From contig CAWJTV010000034.1 in NCBI GenBank assembly GCA_963845755.1, positions 640,001-704,000 of the forward strand: a DNA stretch of 64,000 bases, read 5' to 3'. This stretch comes from an uncultured Planctomycetota bacterium (GTDB lineage: Bacteria > Planctomycetota > Planctomycetia > Isosphaerales > Isosphaeraceae). The notes under the pieces are model-generated. The model was not told where the DNA came from and made no database searches. It saw nothing but the letters and a program-made list of their open reading frames with translations. The translations under genes were made by a program, and so were the position numbers. Of this stretch, positions 49,295-60,143 are shown in pieces; positions within the stretch are counted from its first letter, which is position 1; each line of letters begins with the position of its first letter.

Positions 49295-52200
49295 ATGACG
49301 TCCTCGACGAGTGATGACGCCAACCCGCTGGAGCAGCTTCTCGAGGAGTTCCTCGAGCGGCAACGCCGCGGCGAGCACCCGGCCCTGAGCGAGTACACCG
49401 CCCGGTATCCCGAGCTGGCCGGCGAGATCCGCGACGTCTTCCCGATGCTGGCCATGGTCGAGCTGTTCAAGCCGGGGCCGGCCGAGCTGCCGGGCCCGGC
49501 CTCGTCGGCGGGCCGGAACGGCCTCGGACCGGGGTTCGACCGACTGGGGGACTACCGCATCCTGCGCCCTATCGACGGCGGCGGGATGGGGATGGTCTAC
49601 GAGGCGGAGCGCGAGTCGCTCCAGTGCCGCGTCGCGCTCAAGGTCATGCACCCCGAGTTCCGCACCAGCGCCAGCTACCTGCAGCGGTTCCACAGAGAGG
49701 CCCGATCGGCGGCCCGGCTTGCACCATACGAACATCGTCAGCGTGTTCGACTTCGGCGAGCACGACGGCGTGTGCTACTACGCGATGCAGTATATCGCCG
49801 GCCACGGACTGGACTCGGTGCTCAAGGACGTGCGCCGGCTCCGCCGCGCCAAGCTCGGCGCGGCGTTCGCTGGGCCGTCGGATGAGGACGAGCCCTCGCC
49901 CGATCGCTCGCGGCGGACGGTGACGCTGGGCCTGCTGACCGGCCGGTTCGCGGCCGAGCCGTCATCCGGGGTACCGGAGACCGCCACCTCGGTGGGATCG
50001 GAGATCGAGGGCACCGACAAGCCCGGGCGTCCGACCGGGCCGGAACCGCCGCGGGACGGGGCCTTGGGAAGCTCGACGATCGGCCCGGGCACGACCGGCG
50101 AATCATCCTCGTCCCAACTGGCCGGGACGACCGAGGACCTCTACCATCGCGAGGCTGCCCGGATCGGGGCCCAGGTCGCCGACGCCCTGGATTACGCCCA
50201 CCGCCGCGGCGTGCTCCACCGCGACATCAAGCCCTCCAACCTCCTGCTGGACGCCGTGGGCAACGTCTGGGTCACCGACTTCGGCCTGGCAAAGTTCACC
50301 GAGGGCGAGGACCTGTCACGGTCGCAGGACCTGGTCGGTACGCTGCGGTACATGGCACCCGAGCGGTTCCGGGGGGCCTCCGATCGCCGGTGCGACGTCT
50401 ATGCCCTGGGCGCGACGCTCTACGAGATGTTGACCCTCCGCCCGGCGTTCGAGGGCCAGGACCAGCTCCAACTGATCGAGCGGATCGCGCATGAGCCGCC
50501 GGTCCCGCCCCGCCAGATCGACCGCCGTATCCCCCGCGACCTGGAGATGATCGTACTCAAGGCGATGGCCAAGGACCCCGGCGACCGCTTCGCCACGGCG
50601 CGGGAGATGGCCGAGGAGCTGAAGTTGTTCCTCGACAACCGGCCGCTGACGCTGCGATCCGTGCCGGCGCACGATCGGCTCTGGCGATGGTGCAAGCGGA
50701 ACCCGTGGCTGGCCACGTCCACCGCCACCGCGGTCGCGCTGTTGACGCTCCTCGCCATCGTCTCGACCGTCGCGGCCTTCGTCGTCTACAACAGTAACCA
50801 GCAGTTCGTCCTGGACAATCGGAGAATCCAGCAGGCGGTCGCGCAGCTCTCGGATGGCCTGCAAGCCGAGGCTCGCGCCGGCCGCTTCAGCCGACAGATC
50901 GGCCAGCGATTCGACGGCCTCGACACGCTGGCCAAGGCGGCCGGGATCGTCAGGGACCTGAAGCTGCCTCGCGGGCGGTTCGATTCCCTGCGCGATGACG
51001 CGATCGCCTGCCTGGCGCTGCCGGACCTCAAGCCGATCGGGCGGGACATCACGTTGCCGGAAGGCGCGTTCGCGTTCGCCTTCAACGCGGCCATGACCCG
51101 CTATGCGATCCGGTTCCGTGACGGGACGATCGAGGTGCGTCGTGTCACCGACGACCAGGTGACCGCCCGTTTCCCAGCCCGCGGTGATCGCGAGATCTTT
51201 GTCTTCGGCTTCAGCCCCGACGGCCGGTACCTGGCGACGACGGAACAGCCAGGCAGTGCCCTGGCCGTCTGGGACATCGATCGGGGCACCCGCGCCGTGA
51301 ACGACCTGGGCGAGACACGCTCGGATTCGGCCCGATTCAGCCCGGACAGCCGGCGGATGGGTGTGCTTCACACGGACGGATGGCTTGTCGTACACGACCT
51401 GGCGACCGGCCAGCCGAGCTGGCGATGGCAAGTGCCCTGGCCGTTGGATCTGGCCTTCCGTGCCGACGGGCGCGAGGTCGCGATCCTGTATGCCGATGAA
51501 CGCAGGAATCTCGTCTGCCTCATTTCTGAGGCGGAAACAGGCCGCTCCATCCGGTCGTTCCCGCTGCCAACAATCAAAGGGACCGCGATCGCCTGGAGTC
51601 CCGACGGCGCTGCCATGGCGATCTCCGACGGTGATCGGAAAATCTATCTCTGCGACACCGCGACCGGCACGCTGAAATCGGCCTTCGAAGGCTTTGCCAG
51701 CGGCGGGATCCGTACAGCCTTCCACCCCGCCGGCACCCTGCTGGCAAGCAATGGGTGGGAAGGGCGGCTGCGGCTCTGGGACCCGGTCCTGGGCCGACCC
51801 TGGCTCAGCGTGACGGGCGGATGGAGTTCGCAGGGATTCGGCCAGGACGGACAAATCGTCCTTCATTCTGAGGGCAAACTGTCCACATATCAGGTCGATC
51901 CGGCGCTGGAATACCGGACGTTTGCCCATGCCTCGAGCGAGACGATCGATTATGCACGTCCGTCGATCCGGCGCGATGGCCGGCTGCTGGCCGTGGGCAC
52001 GGACAAGGGCGCGGCGGTCTGGGACCTGGCCCGGGGTACGGAACTCGCGTTCCTGCCGATCGGCAATGCGTGGCATCTGATGTTTGAGGCGTCGGGCGAC
52101 TTGCTGACGAACGGGTCGGAGGGCGTGCAGCGGTGGCCGGTCCGGCTCGACACCAGCCGCGGTGAATTCCGGATCGGTCCGCCGCGCCGGTTCCCGTTGC

Positions 52201-53592
52201 CGGCGGGAAGTTGTGCGATCGACGCGGACCGGACAGGTCGGATCGTCGCCGTGGCTCATTCCAAGAATGCCTTTGTCGCGAGCCCGAGCGAGACGATCCG
52301 CGTGGGGCCCCTGGACGATTGCCGCTCTATTGCCATCAGCCCGGACGGAAGATGGTTGGCAACCGGCAGTCATGTAACGGGCGGCGTACAGGTCCGGCGC
52401 GTCGCCGATCCCACGGCGGTGATCGAACTGAGAAGCGCTGAAGGTGCCAGGTTGCACTTCAGCCCCGATGGGAAGTGGTTGATGACGGGCGGTGCGCCAT
52501 GCCGCCTCTGGAGGGTCGGCACCTGGCGCGAGGCGTTGCAACTCGGCGGCGACGGCCTTTGTTTTTCGGCCGACGGCCGCCTGGTAGTGGTCGCCGAGCA
52601 GAGCCGAGCCCTTCGCCTGGTCGAGACCGAGACCGGCCGCACGCTCGCGCGACTCGAGAGCCCCGACCAATGCGGCGTGGCATCCGCCACATTCAGTCCC
52701 GACGGGTCGCGGTTGGTTCTGACCACCAACGAGCCGGGGGCCGTGCACGTGTGGGACCTGCGGGCTATCCGCAAGCGGCTCGCCGAGATCGGACTCGACT
52801 GGGATGCGCCCGCCTATCCCGATGACGATCCGGCTGACCCATCGGCACCACCCTTCACGCGTGTGCAGACCATCACCCTCGACGATGCGTTTGCCGCGGC
52901 GGAGAAGCTGGCCCAGGACGGCCGATGGGAGGAGGCGGCCGCTGCGCATGCTCGGCTCCTTTCCGACCTGGCACCGGAATCCCCTTATTACTGGTTCAGG
53001 GACGCCATCTTGCGGCTGGCGGTGGACGATGCGGCAGGGTACCGCTCGAACTGCCGACACATGCTCGACATGCTCCGCGACCCCGACTCGATTCTGTGGA
53101 AGGTGTTCGGATCGGCTGCGTGCGTCCTCGCCGACAACGACCCAGCCGTGAACGCGCAGAGGGTGCCCCTCGCCGAGTGGCGCTTCGGGTACTGTCCCGA
53201 CTTCTGGACCGAGTTCGCCTTGGGTCTGGCCCTCTACCGCGACGGCCGGTTTGCCGGCGCCAAGGTCCGACTCATGAGCAACCTCGCCCGCGATCCCGCC
53301 TGGGATTTCCATGCCCTGAACTGGGCGGTCCTGGCCATGGTCGAGCAAAAGCTCGGCCGATCCGGCGAGGCCCGACGCTGGCTGGAGCGGGCCGAGGCGC
53401 TGGGTCGTCGCCCGTCTGACCGGCCGACCAGGCGGAGTCGATCGCGCCGGCGCGGAAAACTGGCCGTGGGACGTCGGCATCCTCCTGCACCTACTGCTCC
53501 GCGAGGCCCGCGCCCTTCTCGGCGCGGGCCTGCCGGACCTGCCCGCCGACGTCTTCGCTCCCCCCGGAGCGAGAGTTCAAGAGAACCTTTAG
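49295..53592 (+). CDS. Hanks-type Ser/Thr kinase with TM, WD40 repeats and TPR-like tail; frameshifts ~49720 and ~53400
   Basis: GGGMGMVYEA, ALKV, HRDIKPSN, DFGLAK, YMAPE; FSPDG repeats; shifted tail LLLREARALL..LPADVFAP..TAG 53592. Confidence 0.9.
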
Positions 53593-53917
53593 GCGGCCGC
53601 CGTGTTAGTTCGGTCCCGTCCCGACGTGGCACTGGAAGATGCTGATCTCCGGCCCGAGAACCTCGTACTGCTACCGGCGGTGGACAACGAGGCAGAATAA
53701 CACAAAAGCGCCTCGTCCGCCATTCAACACGATGTCTACCTCCCCGGTAAGTCGTTGGAAATCTTGTCAACCCCATTCGGAGAATGAAACGGCCCTGGCG
53801 GCTCCGCCGACAGGGGAGACCAACGACCGCACCGATGATACAATGCCAGCTCGTGGAGGAGGCGAGAGGAAGAATGCCTTGGTCATGACGCCAGGCCATG
53901 CCATCCAGGAAATCACT

Positions 53918-54466
53918 ATGGCATCCATCACAGTCGATTCCAACTCGGCGTTGCAAGTCGTGCAAGAGCTGTCGGTTCCCCTGGAGCGGGACATTTTCCT
54001 GCGGACCCTCATCCGCGAGCTGGCCGGCACCCTCCAGGAAGTCGTGGGCCTGGAGGAGGCCTCCGGCTTTATCAGCGTGGTCGGTCAGAACGTCGGGGAG
54101 CAGATCAACGCGAGCTACAAGGCGGCACTCGGTGTCTCGCAACTCTCCCGGGAGCAGGTGGCGGCCGTGCTCGTCGACCTGAAGCGCCGGATTCAGGGGG
54201 ATTTCTACATCATCGAGGAGGACGACGAGAAGCTCGTCTTCGGCAATCGGGCCTGCCCATTCGCCGAGAAGGTCCTCGGACGGCCTGCGATGTGCATGAT
54301 GACGTCCAACGTCTTCGGCGGCATCGCGGCGGAGAACCTCGGCTACGCAAAGGTTGTCCTGGAGGAGACCATTGCCCAGGGGCATGCGGGCTGTCGGGTG
54401 GTTGTCCACCTGAAACCGACGCCTGAAGCGGAGGCCGCCGACGGTCGCGAATACTTCGAGGGATAG
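53918..54466 (+). CDS. methanogen output domain 1 (MetOD1, V4R-like) protein
   Basis: [41 protein letters not shown]. Confidence 0.8.
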   Translation: MASITVDSNSALQVVQELSVPLERDIFLRTLIRELAGTLQEVVGLEEASGFISVVGQNVGEQINASYKAALGVSQLSREQVAAVLVDLKRRIQGDFYIIEEDDEKLVFGNRACPFAEKVLGRPAMCMMTSNVFGGIAAENLGYAKVVLEETIAQGHAGCRVVVHLKPTPEAEAADGREYFEG

Positions 54467-54474
54467 ATTCACCG

Positions 54475-56868
54475 ATGCCTGCTGAGATACTCCTCAAGGT
54501 CATCGACCGCTGGCCGGAAGCCATCTTGATCCTGTCGAGCGAAGGGAACATCCTGGGGGCGAACCGGCGGGTGACCCGGCTCGGGATCGACCGAGATCGA
54601 CTCCCGGGCCGACCTCTCGCCGAGATCACCGTCGAGCCGCCCGGCACGGTTGCCGCCTATCTCCGTCGGTGCACGCGGACCGCCGATCCGATCCCCGGCT
54701 CGCTGACGCTGAAGCGGGATGATGGGGGGGTGATTCCCTGCCGCTCGGATGGGAGCGTCTTGATCCCCGCTTCGGAGATCGCTGAGCCTGTGGTGATGTT
54801 CCGCCTGCAGCCGAAGGATGCCGCCGTCAGCCAGTTCCTCGAACTCAATCGGAAGATTGACCGGCTCGGTCGGGAAGTCCACCGCCGACAGCGGATCGAG
54901 CAGGAACTCCGCGAGCAGAAGGAATGGCTCAGGGTGACGCTCATGAGCATCGGCGATGCGGTCATCGCGACGGATACCCTTGGCCGAGTTGTCTTTACCA
55001 ACCCCGCCGCGCGGTCGCTCACCGGCTGGGGGGAGGCTGAGGCTTCCGGCCGGCCGCTCGACGAGGTCTTCCGCATCGTCAATGAGGTCACCCGTGGTCC
55101 CGTCGAGAACCCGGTTGAGCGGGTGCTCGCCACGGGCCAGGTCGTGGGTCTGGCCAATCACACGGTGCTCATCACCGCCGACGCCAAAGAGATCCCGATC
55201 GACGATAGCGCGGCCCCGATCATTACCGAAGACGGGCAGCTCGGCGGCGTGGTCCTCACGTTCCGCGACGTGACGGAGCGGCGGCGGGCCCAGGAGTTGA
55301 ACCAGTGGATGGCGGCGATCGTCGAGTCCTCCGACGACATCATCGCGTCCAAGACTCTGGACGGCGTGATCACCAGTTGGAACAGGGGAGCCGAGCGGAT
55401 CCTCGGCTATACCGCCGAGGAGGTCATCGGCCGGCATGTCTCCATGCTCATGCCCCCCGAACTGGTCGAGGACATGCCGCGGATTCTCGAGCGGATTCGC
55501 CGCGGCGAGAAGGTGGACCACTACCAGACCAAGCGCCAGCGGAAGGACGGGACGATCATCGACGTCTCGCTCACCGTCTCGCCGATCCGGGATGCTGTGG
55601 GGCGGATCATCGGGGCCTCGAAGATCGGCCGCGATATCACCGCGGAGAAGCGGGCTCGTGAGGAGCGGGAAGAGCTCTTGAGGGCTGCCGAGGCGGCCAA
55701 GGCCGAGGCCGAGGCCGCCAGCCACATGAAGGACGAGTTCCTGGCCATGCTCTCGCACGAGCTGAGGACCCCGCTCAACGCGATCGTCGGCTGGGTGAGC
55801 ATCTTGGGCTCCGGCCGGGTGGGGCCCGAGGACTTCCAGACGGGCCTGGAGGTCATTGGTCGCAACGCCAGGGCGCAGGCCCAGCTTGTGGAGGACCTGC
55901 TGGACGTCTCCCGCATCGTCTCGAAGAACTTCCGGCTCGATGTCCGCCGGGTAAACCTGGTGGAGGTCATCGAGGCGGCGATCGCTGCGGTGATGCCGGT
56001 GGCCGAAGCCAAGGGCGTCCGGATCGCGAAGGTCCTCGATTCGCTGGCCGGCCCGGTCTCCGGCGATGCGACCCGGCTCCAGCAGGTCGTCTGGAACCTC
56101 CTGTCCAACGCCGTGAAGTTCACGCCCGAGGGGGGCCGCGTCCAGGTCCTCCTGGAGCGGGTGAACTCGCACGCCGAGATCTCGGTCATCGACACCGGGG
56201 TCGGCATCAGTCCTGAGTTCCTGCCGCACGTCTTCGATCGTTTCCGCCAGGCCGATTCGTCCACCACGCGCCGCCATAGCGGGCTGGGGCTGGGCCTGAC
56301 GATCGTCAAGGAACTGACTGAGTTACAAGGAGGCTCAGTGCGGGCCAAGAGCCCCGGCGAGGGCCAGGGGGCGACGTTCGTCGTGACGCTACCCATCACG
56401 GTGGTGCACGGGGAGACGCCGGGGCAAGTCCGTCCGCAGGAGCACGAAGAGGGCGGATTCGGGTGTACCCAAGAGTCGCTCTCGGGTATCCGGGTGCTGG
56501 TGGTGGACGACGAGCCGGATGCCAGGCACCTGATCGGCCGCGTTTTGACGGCGTGCGGTGCGGAGGTGGCCGAGGCCGGGTCGGCGGCTGAGGCCCTGCG
56601 GCTGATCGAGTCCTCCTTGCCGGATATCCTGGTCAGCGACATCGGGATGCCGAACGTGGACGGGTACGATTTGATTCGCCAGATCCGGACTCGGCTCGCG
56701 GCGAAGGCCCTGCCGGCGGCGGCCCTGACGGCATTCGCCCGGTCAGAGGATCGGAGGCGTGCCCTGCTGGCTGGCTTCCAGACGCACGTGGCCAAGCCGG
56801 TGGACCCGGCGGAACTGGTCGCGGTCGTCGCCAGCCTCGTCGAGCGGACGGGAGGACCGCGACCATGA
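54475..56868 (+). CDS. hybrid sensor histidine kinase (3 PAS, HisKA, HATPase, REC)
   Basis: SIGDAVIATD, WNRGAERILGY, LSHELRTPL, NLLSNAVKFT, GLGLGL, VVDDE, SDIGMP. Confidence 0.95.
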   Translation: MPAEILLKVIDRWPEAILILSSEGNILGANRRVTRLGIDRDRLPGRPLAEITVEPPGTVAAYLRRCTRTADPIPGSLTLKRDDGGVIPCRSDGSVLIPASEIAEPVVMFRLQPKDAAVSQFLELNRKIDRLGREVHRRQRIEQELREQKEWLRVTLMSIGDAVIATDTLGRVVFTNPAARSLTGWGEAEASGRPLDEVFRIVNEVTRGPVENPVERVLATGQVVGLANHTVLITADAKEIPIDDSAAPIITEDGQLGGVVLTFRDVTERRRAQELNQWMAAIVESSDDIIASKTLDGVITSWNRGAERILGYTAEEVIGRHVSMLMPPELVEDMPRILERIRRGEKVDHYQTKRQRKDGTIIDVSLTVSPIRDAVGRIIGASKIGRDITAEKRAREEREELLRAAEAAKAEAEAASHMKDEFLAMLSHELRTPLNAIVGWVSILGSGRVGPEDFQTGLEVIGRNARAQAQLVEDLLDVSRIVSKNFRLDVRRVNLVEVIEAAIAAVMPVAEAKGVRIAKVLDSLAGPVSGDATRLQQVVWNLLSNAVKFTPEGGRVQVLLERVNSHAEISVIDTGVGISPEFLPHVFDRFRQADSSTTRRHSGLGLGLTIVKELTELQGGSVRAKSPGEGQGATFVVTLPITVVHGETPGQVRPQEHEEGGFGCTQESLSGIRVLVVDDEPDARHLIGRVLTACGAEVAEAGSAAEALRLIESSLPDILVSDIGMPNVDGYDLIRQIRTRLAAKALPAAALTAFARSEDRRRALLAGFQTHVAKPVDPAELVAVVASLVERTGGPRP

Positions 56869-57096
56869 CCACGGAGGGAGAAACATCGCAATCCGTCCGA
56901 GGGATCGGACCGCCGATTGATCTAGGCCCAAATGGCCGACCTCCCAGGAACGCCGAGAGAGCCCCACTCTGGTTGGGTTGGTGGCGGGTCGGGGGGCATC
57001 GCATCAATGCTACAAGTCGCTCGCTATTCGCAGCTTATCGCGATCTACGCGGCATTCAGAAATGGTCTCTTGTTCCTCTGCCTTCTTCTCTGTCAG

Positions 57097-58174
57097 TCAC
57101 GAACACCCTTCCTCTCGCCCTGAGATCCCAATATCGAGTGTCCTTCGAATAGCGCGAGAAGGCTCAACATATTTTTGATAATATTTATCATTATTATCCA
57201 TCATTTGAACTCTCAAGCTTGCATCAGAGAAGAGCTTGCGTGCAGCATCCACACACTCCTCGGCGGTGTCGAACCCGAGGAAGTTCTGGCCCTCCTGGAA
57301 TTCGCCCGGTATCTCGTAGGACAACCTCTCCGAAACGATCGCCTTCGAGAACGCGACGTACTCGCCCATTTTCCAGCCAATCGACCGATGAAGTCCTTCC
57401 GTCGAGACGCATATCGGATAGACTCCGAGCATCTTGACGTAGTTCTCCTTCTGGGAAACCTCGTCGTCGTGCAAGAGTAATTCCGTGTAATTCCTGACGG
57501 CATAATCGGTACGCTCGAATCCCCCGAAGAAGTCGCCGCCAAATTCTCGCCTCAGCGCTTCGAGGCAGCGTGCTCTTGTTTCATTCAGGCGAATCCTCTG
57601 TCTCGCCTTTTCTTCGGACCTGTCCGGGTGATCGAACGGGTCCCAGGTACGGGTCACGAACAGGACTTTCGGGGGTAGACCTTCCACGGGGGGGGAATAC
57701 ATGTTCGCGGGCGTCGGGCGGAATAACGGCATCTCGCGGCTCTGGGGAGCGTTCGATGGACTCGAACACCGCGCGAAAGCACGGACCCTCTCGGATTCAA
57801 GGTCGTCGAACGAGTCCGGATATAACGGGTAGCTTAGCCCGAGGGGAACGACTTTGCTCGTGAGAGCCGTGGGGATCCGAGGGTGCGAGTAGCTGCGCTT
57901 GAAGTAAAGGTCGAACGCCCTCCGCTGCCTCGCCATCGATCTCATCGCTGTCATGGTTGTCGTAATATAATCGAACGGTCCCATTCACGACGACCAGCAG
58001 ATGGGCCAGCCGGGCGTCACGGAGATGCTGAGGCTTACTGATATCGAAAGCCTTATCGATAAGGCACTCCTGCGACAGGGTAACCGCCCCGGCCCCTCGC
58101 AACAGGGCAAATCCGGTGAATAATTTCGATACGTGTACCGAATTACCATAGCAATATATTGTGCAATGCAGCAT
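57097..58174 (-). CDS. glycosyltransferase-like (GT-B C-terminal) protein; frameshift ~57915
   Basis: YYDNHD..FDLYFKRSY; GLHRSIGWKMGEYVAFSKAIVSE. Confidence 0.6.
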
Positions 58175-58306
58175 TCCGATCCCCTCATCATTCTCACGAA
58201 ATGGTATCCGGAGGCGAATCGAGGGAAGCGGGGGATGGGCGAAACGGGGGACGTGCTTAATGCTGATGTCGGGGTCGTTGTTCGCGACCCGGAGCGAAGC
58301 TCTCGA

Positions 58307-59212
58307 TCACACGAAGAGCGACTCGACGAAGGTATCGGCATCGAACGGCTGCAGGTCGTCGATGGCCTCGCCGACACCGATGAATTTGACGGGCAGGTTG
58401 ATGTTCTGGCGGACGGCGACGACGACACCCCCCTTGGCCGTGCCGTCGAGCTTGGTGAGGATCACGCCGGTGCAGCCGATGCTCTTCGTGAAGACCTCGG
58501 CCTGACGAATGGCATTCTGGCCATTGGTGGCGTCGATCACGAGGAGCACCTCGTCGGGCGCACCGGGGATCTGCCGCTGGACGATGGCGCGGATCTTCTC
58601 GAGCTCGCGCATCAGGTGAGTCTGGGTATGGAGCCGGCCGGCGGTGTCAACGATCAGGACGTCGACGGCGCGGACCAGGGCGCGCTGGCAGGCATCGTGG
58701 GCCACGCTGGCCGGGTCGGCGCCGGGAGACCCACGGACGATCTCACAGCCGGCGCGGCCGGCCCAGATCGCAAGCTGATCGGCCGCGGCGGCCCGGAACG
58801 TGTCGCAGGCGGCCAGCAGAATCGTGTTGCCCTCATCCTTCAGCCGCTGTGCCAGCTTGGCGATCGAGGTGGTCTTTCCCGAGCCGTTGACCCCGGCAAT
58901 CAGGTAGACGCTCGGCTTCTTGGGGGAGACCACCAGCGCCCCCGGCCTGGGGTCCTCCAGAAGTCCCTTGAGCTCGGATTTTACGAATGCCAGGAGGTTC
59001 TCGTCGGCCGTCTGGTCGGCGAACGATTCCCGCACCCGGTCGATCAGGCGCGTCGTTGCGGAGACGCCCACGTCCGCCTGGATCAGCTTGCTCTCCAGGT
59101 CGTCCAGGAACGACTGGTCAACCTTCCGCCCGAACCACGAGCGGACGTTGAAAAGCTGGGCCGTCCGGGCCAGCCCCTTCTTGAACCGTTCCAGTAATCC
59201 TGAGATTGCCAT
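58307..59212 (-). CDS. ftsY: signal recognition particle receptor FtsY
   Basis: GVNGSGKTT, DTFRAAA, DTAGR, DATNGQNA, TKLDGTAKGG. Confidence 0.97.
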   Translation of the reverse strand: MAISGLLERFKKGLARTAQLFNVRSWFGRKVDQSFLDDLESKLIQADVGVSATTRLIDRVRESFADQTADENLLAFVKSELKGLLEDPRPGALVVSPKKPSVYLIAGVNGSGKTTSIAKLAQRLKDEGNTILLAACDTFRAAAADQLAIWAGRAGCEIVRGSPGADPASVAHDACQRALVRAVDVLIVDTAGRLHTQTHLMRELEKIRAIVQRQIPGAPDEVLLVIDATNGQNAIRQAEVFTKSIGCTGVILTKLDGTAKGGVVVAVRQNINLPVKFIGVGEAIDDLQPFDADTFVESLFV

Positions 59213-59266
59213 GGTCAGTCGTCAGTGGTCCGTGGTCAGTAGTCAGAAACCCATAGTCCGTGGTCA
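59213..59266. repeat. 7-bp tandem repeats
   Basis: GTCAGTC GTCAGTG GTCCGTG GTCAGTA GTCAG..GTCCGTG GTCAG. Confidence 0.65.
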
Positions 59267-59282
59267 GGGCCGCGACGGCGCC

Positions 59283-59741
59283 TCATTGACTACCGGCTTC
59301 ATCCGGCTCCGGCTCGGGACCCGCCTTCGGATCCGGTATCTGCCATTGCAGGACGCGGTCGAGGATTCCGTTGACGAACCGGCTCGACTGGGCCGTACTG
59401 TACCGCTTGGCCAACTCGAGGGCTTCGTTGATCGCGACTCGGGCCGGGACCTCGGGACAGAACAACATCTCGTAAGCACCCAGGCGGAGGATATTTCGGT
59501 CGATGGCCGCCATGCGGTCGAGCCTCCAGTTCTCGGCGACCTGCGAGATCAAGTCATCGATCCGCTCCTGGTGTTCCTTCACCCCGGAGATCAGCCCTTC
59601 GGTGAACTCGCTGAGCTTGCGATCGTTCAGCAGCCGGCGCTGGATGAACCGACGCACTTCCTCGGGGGTGACCCCAGGGTTCTGCTCCACCTGGTAGAGG
59701 ATCTGGAGGGCGACTTCACGGCCTCGGGATCGTCGCGTCAT
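59283..59741 (-). CDS. nusB: transcription antitermination factor NusB
   Basis: RRSRGREVALQILYQ, NWRLDRMAAIDRNILRLG, INEALELAKRYS, FVNGILD. Confidence 0.96.
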   Translation of the reverse strand: MTRRSRGREVALQILYQVEQNPGVTPEEVRRFIQRRLLNDRKLSEFTEGLISGVKEHQERIDDLISQVAENWRLDRMAAIDRNILRLGAYEMLFCPEVPARVAINEALELAKRYSTAQSSRFVNGILDRVLQWQIPDPKAGPEPEPDEAGSQ

Positions 59742-60143
59742 GATCGGGTGGTCTCACACCGCTCCGGGCACGCGGCAACCACGTCGCATCGCCAGGACTC
59801 GCCGCAAGAGGCCGGATCGATCCATCGATCCGCCGCCGTGGTCGAGCCCCAGCCGGTACGATCCGGCGCATCAGCCGGGGTCGTGCGGCCCGTTGAGGGT
59901 TCGGTTCCGTTCGATTCGAGGCGGGCCGGGATGCTTCGTCATGCCCGTGTCGCCCTGGGTTTCCTCCGCTTCTTCTATGCGGAATGATACGCCAAGGCAG
60001 GCCAAGCCGGAAAGGGGGGAGCGCTCAATCGGATGACGGGTGACACGAGGTGGGTGGCGGGTATGATACGGTCACCGGATCGTGATTCCTGGGTCAACGG
60101 CCGGCTGCACCACACCATCCGAGAGGGCGCTGGGCCGCGAACG

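Noticed and set aside
50316..53480. 1054-aa minus ORF (also 54469..56277 and 3607..4839)
   Set aside because: Antisense shadows of real genes in high-GC DNA.
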